Below, piece after piece: positions 19,350-27,588 of a stretch of 64,000 nt of DNA. The notes under the pieces were generated by a model. That model worked only from the letters and a program-made list of their open reading frames with translations. It had not been told where the DNA came from and did not search any database. Within the stretch, counting starts at the first letter, position 1, and every line of letters begins with the position of its first letter. This DNA comes from a virus (lineage: Duplodnaviria; Caudoviricetes): positions 1,564 to 65,563 of IMG/VR virus record IMGVR_UViG_3300032287_000883; one strand, written 5' to 3'. Position numbers and translations under genes: made by a program.

Positions 19350-20861
19350 TTAATAATAGGGACGTTTGCGCCTAAACTCAGGCACTTCTTCAGGCTCATC
19401 CAATAATGTACGGATGTAGCCACCTCGTCTGAAACGCATCATTGCAAGGGACACAGAGTCAACATAGTCGTCATGCTCCCCGCCGGGGAACGATGCCACC
19501 TCGTCTACAACTTCCTCTGCCCATTGTGTGTTGGGTACCCAAACCCGTCCGGATGCGAACAGATCAGCGACCGCATTCAATCTTGAAATTTTGTCGTTAC
19601 CTTTGCTTGGTGTGAACTCTTGGACAGGTATACCCATCGCCCTCATCTCGTAGATGAGGGGGGCACCTGATGCCTTTTTCTCCACAATGATGGAGTCGGG
19701 GTCCCACTCTTTGTATTCCTCGATGGCTTTCTTTTTAAGCGATGGGAATTCAAGTCGATCACGGAAGGCGTTGAGGAGGATGATGTTGGCTTGGTTGACA
19801 CCCGTATCGTCCTCCTGATAAAAAACTCCCCACGTCGTACACGCGCTGTAGTCAGCACGGGTAGATTTCTCAAACGCAGTATCCCACGACTGGAGCACAA
19901 ATTCACAGTGTGGGGGAGATTCTTCTTCCCATATTTTCCACCATTCCCTCTTTACTATTGCCGCAGATTCCGAGGTCGGGTTCTGCATATACTGCGCCAT
20001 CCACTTCTGGTTGGGTAGTTCTTCCTTCAACGCCATCAGTTCTTTTAACGACCAGAACTCAGGCCACAGTGGTTTGCCACTCGGTAGGATCGCAGGGAAC
20101 TCAATCACCTCCCAGTCATCTCCACCTCTCTGGGACGCCGCTTTTATAACTTGCCCTGTCAAATCTTTTTTTGACCAACGGGTCATAACTATAATAATGC
20201 TGCCACCCGGTTGCAGACGCTGACGCGGGCCTGACGTATACCACTCGTAGACCTTGTCGTAGATTTCTGGGTTCACCTCGGCTAGTGCAGCCTCTTGTTC
20301 TGAGTGCGGGTCGTCAATAATTAGTACGTCAGCACCCTTACCAGTAACTGCTCCTCCTACACCAATAGCAAAGTAGTCACCACCTGCGGAAGTATTCCAT
20401 CGTCCTGCCGCTTGAGAGTCGGCACGCAGTGATGTATCGGGGAAAATTTCGTGAAATATCTCAGAATCCACCAAATTTCGGACTTTTCGACCAAAACCTA
20501 CCGCTAATTCAGCAGTGTGGGACGTTTGGATGACCTTTTTGTGCGGAAACTTACCTAAAAACCACGCTGGAAGCAGGTAACTAGCGAATTCTGACTTGGT
20601 ATGGCGGGGTGGCATGTTAATAATGAGCCTTTTGCACTCGCCACGCGCCACTTTCTCAAATGCCTTTGCCATTCTGGAGTGGTGCGCCCCATTAATAAAG
20701 TGAGGCCATACTTTATGGACAAAATCCATGAAGTTGTTTGCTGCATTCTCTCGTTTCTGTATTACCTCATGCTCTTCTAGGGAAGCATAGAGGTCACGAA
20801 GCTGCGCTTCCGGTAAATTTGGTAGTGCTTTTAAGAGATTTTGCAGCTCTTGGGCGTTCAC
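19350..20861 (-). CDS. terL: Terminase large subunit
   Basis: INMPPRHTKS (Walker A variant), LIIDDPH (Walker B), YMQNP, nuclease SWDTA..VEKKASG..HDDYVD. Confidence 0.95.
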   Translation of the reverse strand: MNAQELQNLLKALPNLPEAQLRDLYASLEEHEVIQKRENAANNFMDFVHKVWPHFINGAHHSRMAKAFEKVARGECKRLIINMPPRHTKSEFASYLLPAWFLGKFPHKKVIQTSHTAELAVGFGRKVRNLVDSEIFHEIFPDTSLRADSQAAGRWNTSAGGDYFAIGVGGAVTGKGADVLIIDDPHSEQEAALAEVNPEIYDKVYEWYTSGPRQRLQPGGSIIIVMTRWSKKDLTGQVIKAASQRGGDDWEVIEFPAILPSGKPLWPEFWSLKELMALKEELPNQKWMAQYMQNPTSESAAIVKREWWKIWEEESPPHCEFVLQSWDTAFEKSTRADYSACTTWGVFYQEDDTGVNQANIILLNAFRDRLEFPSLKKKAIEEYKEWDPDSIIVEKKASGAPLIYEMRAMGIPVQEFTPSKGNDKISRLNAVADLFASGRVWVPNTQWAEEVVDEVASFPGGEHDDYVDSVSLAMMRFRRGGYIRTLLDEPEEVPEFRRKRPYY

Positions 20862-21562
20862 AACGGCTCCCCGTTGTCTTCCGCTGTCTTATTTAATATC
20901 TCTAATGTGTCGATTTCTTGTGCATATTCCGGCTCATCTGCACATTTTTCATCATTTTCTGTGCATATCTTGGCTTCTAGCAGCCCCAATTCCTCTTCTA
21001 CTGAGGTTTTTTCGGGGGAGATGTCAATAATGTTGTTTTGCTGGGCAGCTAGCAAACGATTAATCTTGTCCGTAATAGCCGTTTTTAGATCGTCTGAAGT
21101 GCGGTGAGTAATAGTAACTTCGGACTTTTCTGTAAAAGCACCAACATCGGATAGCTTTCCCAGAAGCTCAATAGCTTTTAATTCGTAGCGGGCGTCGCCG
21201 CAGGAGGATATTTCAAGGAGGCGGTTGGTTATATATGTCCGTGCTTGGGTAGCATCTAGGACTACACGCTGGTCATACTCATTAAGTAGAGCCGACAACT
21301 TCAAGGCTACGTTACCTTGATACAGAGCAGCGGGATTGTATTGATCAGAAGCCGTTTTGTGTTTCTGCTTATCAACCTGCTTGAATAAGTCGTGGGCTAA
21401 CTTCTCATCCTCTTCCGTCATTTCGAAAGGCATGCCAAGTTCTGCCATGAGCGCTGCCGTACCAGCAGCTACACGAGCGTTATCCTGCAGGGTCGCGCCG
21501 AATTCATCGCCCAAATCTTTGGGGACGGGCACGCCATCTGTAGGTTGTATATGAATTGTCAT
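20858..21562 (-). CDS. terS: Terminase small subunit (probable)
   Basis: Directly upstream of terL; KAIELLGK..GAFTEK.E motif; likely start MTIHIQP at 21562. Confidence 0.65.
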   Translation of the reverse strand: MTIHIQPTDGVPVPKDLGDEFGATLQDNARVAAGTAALMAELGMPFEMTEEDEKLAHDLFKQVDKQKHKTASDQYNPAALYQGNVALKLSALLNEYDQRVVLDATQARTYITNRLLEISSCGDARYELKAIELLGKLSDVGAFTEKSEVTITHRTSDDLKTAITDKINRLLAAQQNNIIDISPEKTSVEEELGLLEAKICTENDEKCADEPEYAQEIDTLEILNKTAEDNGEPL

Positions 21563-21677
21563 GTTCTGCCTTGTCTGGGAGACAGATAAATAAGTGCTGG
21601 TACTCACCGCCCGGGCAAAACGTATCTCCGCGTTTCCACCATATCGGCTTTCCCAACGACGCGAAATATAACACATC

Positions 21678-21881
21678 TTTTCAAAAAATATATACCCCCC
21701 GGGGGGTTGCGATTTGAAAAGGCAAGGGGGGGCCTTTCTATATATTAGTATGTGAAGATATGTTGTTATTTTTGTATGGGGGGGGGGCATTTTAAAATTT
21801 GCTCTTGTAATGAGTAAAACACGGTGTAGATGGCGCGATAGGGTGGTAATCAAAATTTTGGGGGGTGGGTACTGGGTGGGG
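21678..21881. other. G/C homopolymer palindrome and G-tract region (possible packaging/terminus site)
   Basis: TTTTCAAA..ACCCCCCGGGGGGT..TTTGAAAA; G7 and G10 runs; G6-T-G3-TACT-G3-T-G4. Confidence 0.5.
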
Positions 21882-21896
21882 TCGGCGGTCTGGGCG

Positions 21897-21922
21897 AAAA
21901 AAAACCCGCCAGATCGGCGGGT
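21897..21922 (-). terminator. Terminator of leftward early gene 21945..22586
   Basis: ACCCGCC-GATCT-GGCGGG-T8. Confidence 0.85.
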
Positions 21923-21944
21923 CAAGGTGTTGCTGAGGATTTGC

Positions 21945-22586
21945 TTAGAGTTTATCGGTTGGTATCGCTTCAACCAACATGTCGAGAATTGTTTGAAGTA
22001 GATCAAGGTCGGTGCATTTACCCGCTTCAATCTTTACCGCTCCGCGAAGGGTTTTTAGTTCTTCCCCATGTTCTTTGTTCTCGGCGGATTGTTTCACTTT
22101 CAAAACCTTATCAAGTTCTTTGACTTGTTTTGCTGCTTCCTTGTTAGTGGGATTCTTGGCTAGCGTTTGATATGCTGCTTCCATCTGAGCGCGGATCATG
22201 GTCGGCGTCAAGTCTCCATGCTTTGCAAGTATCTCGACGGTTTTCTTTTCGCGTTCAATCCGCTTTTTCTCGGCTGCAACTGATACCGCTTTCGGTTTAA
22301 CCAGACCAAATAACTCGTCAAGTAAACCCGCAAAACGATTCCATGCCTTGTCGGCTGCGTTTCCGGTATTGTCTGGATTTGCTTCAACGTAACCTGATAC
22401 CCAACTAACCCGACCTGCTTCCCACTGATCGAATGTAGGATTTGTCCCTAGCATGCTAGCATATCCTTTCGCTGTCTCCAGATTAGCTAACTGATTACGT
22501 GCGAATTGAAAACCCGCGTCTCTTGCTGTTAATACCTGATCGGCTGATAATGCGGAGACTTGCTCCGCTATGATTTGCTTTTCCAT
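21945..22586 (-). CDS. Early helical protein (paralog A)
   Basis: RBS CAGGAGAAA; aligns with 22858..23430 (GT.PT...W.A.R....GYV...P...G.A.D.A..RF; AYQTLAKNP). Confidence 0.85.
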   Translation of the reverse strand: MEKQIIAEQVSALSADQVLTARDAGFQFARNQLANLETAKGYASMLGTNPTFDQWEAGRVSWVSGYVEANPDNTGNAADKAWNRFAGLLDELFGLVKPKAVSVAAEKKRIEREKKTVEILAKHGDLTPTMIRAQMEAAYQTLAKNPTNKEAAKQVKELDKVLKVKQSAENKEHGEELKTLRGAVKIEAGKCTDLDLLQTILDMLVEAIPTDKL

Positions 22587-22654
22587 CTTTATTTCTCCTG
22601 AGTTGATCGACCGGTCTGGTCTGACTCAATGACCCTACGTCATTAAGTTCTATG

Positions 22655-22683
22655 ATTATCGCGTTTTCCTACGCTAATAGCAA
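22655..22683 (-). promoter_or_regulatory. sigma70-type promoter for 21945..22586
   Basis: TTGCTA-17bp-GATAAT with an AT-rich UP-like region; spacer shares CGTAGGAAAA with the paralog's promoter. Confidence 0.65.
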
Positions 22684-22765
22684 GAAATATTTAAATTATT
22701 TTTTGTTGTCATTTTGTCTTTTTTGGGATTTAGGTTTTCGCTATCAACCCAGCCAAACTGATAGA

Positions 22766-22800
22766 TTTTGGGCAGGGAACGGTCATTCCAACGCATTAGC
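22766..22800 (+). repeat. 35-bp direct repeat, copy 1
   Basis: TTTTGGGCAGGGAACGGTCATTCCAACGCATTAGC; 34/35 identical to 23563..23597. Confidence 0.9.
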
Positions 22801-22814
22801 CACTTTTGGGCAAT

Positions 22815-22841
22815 AAAAAACCCCGCTGATTAGGCGGGGTT
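22815..22841 (-). terminator. Terminator of leftward early gene 22858..23430
   Basis: AACCCCGC-loop-GCGGGG-T6. Confidence 0.85.
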
Positions 22842-22857
22842 GGTTGGTCGGGGTTTA

Positions 22858-23430
22858 TTACTGGTATTGAATCAATACTTCAATTACTCGTTCTAAACAC
22901 TCAATACTTGTACAAGCTTTGATCTCGGCTATCGCTTCGTTGCGTAGTTCCTTGATCTCGTCACGCTCGGCTTTCTCGGTGTCGCGGGTTTTGATCTTCA
23001 ATACCTTCGCCAGTTCAGCGGCTTGGGCTTTCGCTACCTTGCTATCAGGATTTTTGGCTAGTGTTTGATAGCAAGCCTCAATCTGTGAGCGTAATACAGT
23101 TGCGGTTGCGTCAGCGTACTTGGTGATTAACTTATCCTCTTTCTCTTTACGCTCGGCGGCTTTTTTGATAGCGCCTTCACTTGTGGCTTTTGGTACTACG
23201 ACACCGAATCGTTCTACCAGTCTATCTTTGAACCGCTTAAACGCTTGGTCGGATGCATCGCCTTTCGCCTGTGGTTTGACGAATACATAACCGTTGATGA
23301 ATTCGACCCGAGCGGCTTGCCACGTTTCATAGGTTGGCTCGGTTCCTACTTCGCGAGCAAAAACTTCAAGGGATTCAACCGCATCAATCTCACTACGAGC
23401 GAACATTTCGCCTGATTTACTTGCACTCAT
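22858..23430 (-). CDS. Early helical protein (paralog B)
   Basis: RBS CTAGGAGAAA; paralog of 21945..22586. Confidence 0.85.
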   Translation of the reverse strand: MSASKSGEMFARSEIDAVESLEVFAREVGTEPTYETWQAARVEFINGYVFVKPQAKGDASDQAFKRFKDRLVERFGVVVPKATSEGAIKKAAERKEKEDKLITKYADATATVLRSQIEACYQTLAKNPDSKVAKAQAAELAKVLKIKTRDTEKAERDEIKELRNEAIAEIKACTSIECLERVIEVLIQYQ

Positions 23431-23481
23431 TTATTTCTCCTAGTTAAGACATAACGACCCGATGTCATTACGTCAGAATCA

Positions 23482-23511
23482 ATACTATTATTTTCCTACG
23501 ATAATATCCAA
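23482..23511 (-). promoter_or_regulatory. sigma70-type promoter for 22858..23430
   Basis: (T)TGGATA-17bp-TAGTAT; homologous to the promoter at 22655..22683. Confidence 0.5.
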
Positions 23512-23562
23512 TTGATTGTATCTATGGCTTTTGATATTGCAATAGTGAGAGTGTCCTTGCTT

Positions 23563-23597
23563 TTTTGGGCAGGGAACGGTCATTCCAACGCGTTAGC
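23563..23597 (+). repeat. 35-bp direct repeat, copy 2
   Basis: TTTTGGGCAGGGAACGGTCATTCCAACGCGTTAGC. Confidence 0.9.
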
Positions 23598-23652
23598 TAC
23601 TAATTGGGGAGAAGGCACGGGAGAGTTCCCTACGCGACATTTTGACATCGTG

Positions 23653-23955
23653 TCAGTCTGTCTTGTTGTCTAGGATATTCAAAAGCATGGCTCGTTCAAC
23701 ATCTAATTGTTTGAGGCGGCTTTCAGCGTAGGTAGTTGCAGATCGCTTACCCTTTCTAAAATTACATTGGGCACAAGCTACAACTAAATTAGATACCACA
23801 AACTCACCCCCTTCGGCTTCAGGATGAACATGGTCAAGATGGAGGCTTCGCCCCCTAAGACTCTTCTTACCGCAATATTGGCAGGTGCGCTTGTCCCGCT
23901 TAGTTACTTCGGCTCGGATTAACTCCAGCCTAAGGCGCTCAGGTATGAATGGCAT
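23653..23955 (-). CDS. HNH endonuclease
   Basis: RD..TCQYCG..LDHVHP..GG....NLV.AC..CN..KG; likely start MPFIPE. Confidence 0.85.
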   Translation of the reverse strand: MPFIPERLRLELIRAEVTKRDKRTCQYCGKKSLRGRSLHLDHVHPEAEGGEFVVSNLVVACAQCNFRKGKRSATTYAESRLKQLDVERAMLLNILDNKTD

Positions 23956-23983
23956 ACGCGTCCTTTTAGTTAAGCTGCAACGC

Positions 23984-24012
23984 AGCTTAAGTTTTTTATT
24001 TAAACTTGTCAA
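23984..24012 (-). promoter_or_regulatory. sigma70 promoter for the HNH gene
   Basis: TTGACA-17bp-TAAGCT. Confidence 0.7.
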
Positions 24013-24027
24013 GCACTTTTTTACCCT

Positions 24028-24451
24028 ATTGTTCGAAAAACCCAAAAATATAGAACATTACAATGAAATTTTCGAACATTATAAAATGCAGCTAACCCAT
24101 TGATTACATTGAACTTTGTCCTAAAATGTTATCAAAATTTTGTTAATTGTTCTGAAATGTTCTAATGTTCCGGCATTTTTCAGTATGTACGGATTTTTTA
24201 TTTCGAACGCGCTCATCGGCAAGTGTCGTTCTAAAAGCATACAAATTTTTTAGCTCCGCTCTCTCTATCTTTAAAACATAGAACATTAGGTACATTACGT
24301 ACAATCCGCATAAACATTGGGTTCTATTGTTCTATTATTTCTTTTTGACAAGGAACAATAGGTACATTTTCGAACAATAGCAAAAAGTCAATTGTTCTAA
24401 AAAACCAAAAATACAGAACATTACCCCGCTATTTTCGAACAATAGCAAAAA
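24028..24451. repeat. AT-rich array of GAACA(A/T)T heptamers (iteron-like)
   Basis: At least 12 close GAACAWT/AWTGTTC copies; 34-bp repeat at 24028/24391 (31/34); exact 21-bp repeat at 24366/24431. Confidence 0.8.
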
Positions 24452-24605
24452 CGACAACACGCATATTGCAGGCTCATGTAGCTCACTACAACCCTTCTCG
24501 ATACACTAAAAGCAAAGTGGTTAAGTTCCGCGCAAGTTGCCACCCCTGCCACCCTAAACTAAAAAGTTTTGCAATATACAAGGGCTTTAGAAGTAGGACA
24601 ATCAC

Positions 24606-24634
24606 TTGACATTGTATAGTTTCTATGTTATAAT
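24606..24634 (+). promoter_or_regulatory. Consensus sigma70 early promoter
   Basis: TTGACA-17bp-TATAAT with extended -10 TG. Confidence 0.9.
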
Positions 24635-24693
24635 AGAGGGGTTAGTGGGACTTCGCCCCTAACGTAACCACGACAATCTGACGGAGGGTCAAC

Positions 24694-24876
24694 ATGTCTA
24701 TTAATTACATCTCTTACTTGCAACGTATCGTAGATAACCCCGCAACGCCCCGCGTCGAGTACATGAGGGCATGGGAAGAACTACAGCACTTACTTATTGC
24801 ACAAGGCAGAGTTCTACTCGCTGCCGATAAGTACCACAAGAACAATGACAAGCTGACAGGTGGTCAGGATGTCTAA
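24694..24876 (+). CDS. Early hypothetical protein
   Basis: First ORF after the promoter; SD GGAGG. Confidence 0.7.
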   Translation: MSINYISYLQRIVDNPATPRVEYMRAWEELQHLLIAQGRVLLAADKYHKNNDKLTGGQDV

Positions 24877-25024
24877 ACAAAAGAAGAAGCTACGACCAAG
24901 CGTAGGCAGATGCCGAATCTGCTTGGTCAACAGCGTAGGTAAAAAACGACTTGCGTATGGTCACACCGTATGCGTCACATGCACCAAGAAGCACAACATT
25001 GAGGAGATATCAAATGAGCAATGA
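24869..25024 (+). CDS. C4 zinc-finger protein (51 aa, not in ORF track)
   Basis: MSKQKKKLRPSVGRCRICLVNSVGKKRLAYGHTVCVTCTKKHNIEEISNEQ. Confidence 0.7.
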   Translation: MSKQKKKLRPSVGRCRICLVNSVGKKRLAYGHTVCVTCTKKHNIEEISNEQ

Positions 25025-25226
25025 AGATGCACGGTATTTGTGCGTTGTATGTGGTGGGTACATCGACCATGCGAGATACGCTCTTGGTTACAAGCTATGC
25101 AAACCATGCGGGGAAGCTGCAGCCAAGCAGGTCAAGCATTGCATCGCACCGCTGAACAAGTCCAACTACTACTACATTAGTAGTATGGAAACACTAAAAC
25201 AACTCAACCCAAAGAGGACAACATGA
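25014..25226 (+). CDS. DksA/TraR-type C4 zinc-finger protein
   Basis: CVVCGGYIDHARYALGYKLCKPC; RBS GAGGAG before ATG 25014. Confidence 0.75.
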   Translation: MSNEDARYLCVVCGGYIDHARYALGYKLCKPCGEAAAKQVKHCIAPLNKSNYYYISSMETLKQLNPKRTT

Positions 25227-25462
25227 AAGGGATAAACGTAGATATGCGCGTACTGAAAATCAACGACAGCTATCAGAGCATGTTAGGCAACATCTTGCGG
25301 CTTATTGCACATCCAGAAACAACGCCGGAGCAACTGCAGAACGCGAGGGAGATGCTTATCGATGCCAACACCACGCTGAGAAACCTGCAGTTGGACTTGT
25401 TCACCGTAGGTTATGACTTTGATATCGTCAAGGGCATAACAAGTAACAGGAGGATGAGATGA
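25223..25462 (+). CDS. Early hypothetical protein
   Basis: ATGA coupling, RBS GAGG. Confidence 0.7.
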   Translation: MKGINVDMRVLKINDSYQSMLGNILRLIAHPETTPEQLQNAREMLIDANTTLRNLQLDLFTVGYDFDIVKGITSNRRMR

Positions 25463-25629
25463 AGCCACGCAAAAAGTATAGAGGGATAGTGGTGGTCAGG
25501 TATTACCAAACAGTCGAGGTAGAAGCTGAGTCCGAAGATAAAGCGCGAGAGCTTATGTATGACGAGTTCCATATGAATAAATGCACAGACCAAGACAGCG
25601 AAATATACGATTTTTGGGAGGTGGTATGA
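25459..25629 (+). CDS. Small early protein (56 aa, not in ORF track)
   Basis: MKPRKKYRGIVVVRYYQTVEVEAESEDKARE..; ATGA-coupled at both ends. Confidence 0.7.
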   Translation: MKPRKKYRGIVVVRYYQTVEVEAESEDKARELMYDEFHMNKCTDQDSEIYDFWEVV

Positions 25630-25814
25630 ATCAGGTCTGGTATGTGTGGGGCGAGAACGATAAGAACGACAGCTATTACCCAACGTTCTTTGATACGAAG
25701 CTAGCAGCAGAGAGATACGCACGCATCCTATTCCCTGACGAGGATGTATACAAGCGGGATGCGCGTGTCTATTACCGAGATGTTCTAACAATGTCTGACT
25801 TAAACGGAGGGTGA
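25626..25814 (+). CDS. Early hypothetical protein
   Basis: RBS GGAGG, start MNQVWYV. Confidence 0.7.
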   Translation: MNQVWYVWGENDKNDSYYPTFFDTKLAAERYARILFPDEDVYKRDARVYYRDVLTMSDLNGG

Positions 25815-25815
25815 G

Positions 25816-25974
25816 ATGAACAACGACAACATTTTTACAGTAGCAACGACGATAGTCGCTTGCGTAATGGTGGCATGGGGTCTGGACACAGACGGACGAT
25901 ACCTGCAACAGGCAACGCTTGTGATCGCAGGTGCAATAGTTGGTATTTTATTAAACGAAGGAGGAAAGCAATGA
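25816..25974 (+). CDS. Small two-helix membrane protein (not in ORF track)
   Basis: MNNDNIFTVATTIVACVMVAWG..TLVIAGAIVGILL; RBS GGAGG. Confidence 0.6.
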   Translation: MNNDNIFTVATTIVACVMVAWGLDTDGRYLQQATLVIAGAIVGILLNEGGKQ

Positions 25975-26066
25975 ACGACTATGAAAAGGTGGCGATGCTT
26001 GCCGCAATTATGGGTGGACTGTTGGGCACAGTCTTTGGTTTGATCTTAGCCTATTGGGTGATCTGA
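25971..26066 (+). CDS. Small single-pass membrane peptide
   Basis: RBS AGGAGG; MNDYEKVAMLAAIMGGLLGTVFGLILAYWVI. Confidence 0.6.
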   Translation: MNDYEKVAMLAAIMGGLLGTVFGLILAYWVI

Positions 26067-26272
26067 TGGGTACAAAAGGAAACGCACACAAGCTGCGTAA
26101 GCAAGTTGATATCGACAGGGCACGCGAGAGCGACGCTCTGTTGTATGGGTTCTTTGGTAAGAAAGCCGAGCCGGTAATCGAAGTGCAGAAACGCTTGAAC
26201 CAACAACTGCGTGCGCGTGAATTTAATAACATGACAGCAGAGATAAACGAAATAAACGCAACGACAAACTGA
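26066..26272 (+). CDS. Early hypothetical protein
   Basis: TGATG coupling; stop lies inside a 27-bp site. Confidence 0.55.
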   Translation: MGTKGNAHKLRKQVDIDRARESDALLYGFFGKKAEPVIEVQKRLNQQLRAREFNNMTAEINEINATTN

Positions 26273-26307
26273 CATGGTGTCAGTAAGTCACAATTAGGAG
26301 AAGCATC

Positions 26308-26559
26308 ATGGGTACATGGAGTGAAGAAATAGCAGGAGTAGAAGCAGTAGACCAAATGAAAGAAGTTGTTGAGTTGGCAGGTAACTTGCAATCTTCCTTG
26401 TTTGCTACCAAAGACAGCCTTGAGGAGGCATACACCTATGCGTATGAAATCATCAACGCATTACCGCCTGAACATCGAGCCGGAGTCATTACTGGTGTGC
26501 AGGTTCTTATCAACACAATCGCTGAAGAAATTAAGCGCAAAGCGGAGGGTAGAGTATGA
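26308..26559 (+). CDS. Early hypothetical protein
   Basis: RBS TAGGAG. Confidence 0.75.
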   Translation: MGTWSEEIAGVEAVDQMKEVVELAGNLQSSLFATKDSLEEAYTYAYEIINALPPEHRAGVITGVQVLINTIAEEIKRKAEGRV

Positions 26560-27539
26560 CTTTATATACAGGAGACCAACTGCCAAGACTTAATTCGTAT
26601 GAAGAAGCTCTGGCTTGGTATCACACAAGGGAACCGTACAAGAGGGGGCGTAGCAAAGGCTTGCGTCCGCTTGGTGATAACCGTCGATACGACCGCAGTC
26701 TTATTTCGTTGGATACCAACAGCGAAGGACAGAACATTGTCGTGTGTACGTTTCATAGCACACCAGTAGTTATGTTCTGCGAGGACGGTAGCGTGCTGAT
26801 GATGCACGATGGGCACGAGACTATATCTACGATGGACTTCATCAATGCCATTTTGTATACGAGATTTAGAGTACCGCCTAATAATAATCTTGTGAATGTG
26901 CATGTAGCGCAGAAGTGGTCAGGGATTACCAGACGGCGGGGGAAGCTGTATTTCTCTGATGGGCATGGCAAAGACCACAGGTTTGAGTCCGTACTAAAAC
27001 TTAGTGATACGAACGAAGTAACAGGTACAGCTACAGAAAGTGCATGGACATTGAACAAGGAACGTATGGGGAAACTCAGGAAGCATTACGCCGAGTTCAC
27101 CGAGTACCTAACTTACTATGCACAGATGATAGGTGAGACAAGGATAGCGGCTGTGATCACTGCAGTTGAGCCGTTGGGAACGACGGTAACTGAGATACGG
27201 TGGTCGGAGGACAGACATCTTAAGTCTAGGAAATTGTTCTTTATGGAGTTACATAACGCGATGCAAGCAACTGGGGAAGATAAGTATGGCGCGTTCCTAC
27301 TGTTAGCCGAGCAGGTGTTAGTAAATGCATCACAAAAAGTCTATGACTACAAGATGCAACAGTACAGGTATGCATGCACGCCTAGCAAAGCGAGAGATCA
27401 CTTCTATGATCTGTGCCGCTTCTACTATGCGAAGAGCTTGTTTACTAGAGAGGTAGTACCACAAGGCAAGATCGTGCTAGACGATAGCATGAAGTTTTTG
27501 AAATACGGTTCGGGTGAAGCTTTACCTTTTGAAGTATGA
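26556..27539 (+). CDS. Early hypothetical protein
   Basis: 327-aa ORF, ATGA-coupled. Confidence 0.8.
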   Translation: MTLYTGDQLPRLNSYEEALAWYHTREPYKRGRSKGLRPLGDNRRYDRSLISLDTNSEGQNIVVCTFHSTPVVMFCEDGSVLMMHDGHETISTMDFINAILYTRFRVPPNNNLVNVHVAQKWSGITRRRGKLYFSDGHGKDHRFESVLKLSDTNEVTGTATESAWTLNKERMGKLRKHYAEFTEYLTYYAQMIGETRIAAVITAVEPLGTTVTEIRWSEDRHLKSRKLFFMELHNAMQATGEDKYGAFLLLAEQVLVNASQKVYDYKMQQYRYACTPSKARDHFYDLCRFYYAKSLFTREVVPQGKIVLDDSMKFLKYGSGEALPFEV

Positions 27540-27588
27540 ACGACAACCTGACATGGTGTCAGTAAGTCTATAACTAGGAGAAACAAAA

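Noticed and set aside
21563-22030. N-terminal 155-aa extension of ORF 20858..22030
   Set aside because: It runs through homopolymer tracts, a terminator and the end of another gene; the likely real start is 21562
22708-22718. Isolated half-site GTCATTTTGTC
   Set aside because: Only the right arm of the 27-bp motif is present; not counted as a site
24028-24451. LexA (SOS) boxes
   Set aside because: The GAAC/GTTC units do not show consistent GAAC-N4-GTTC or GTTC-N7-GTTC spacing
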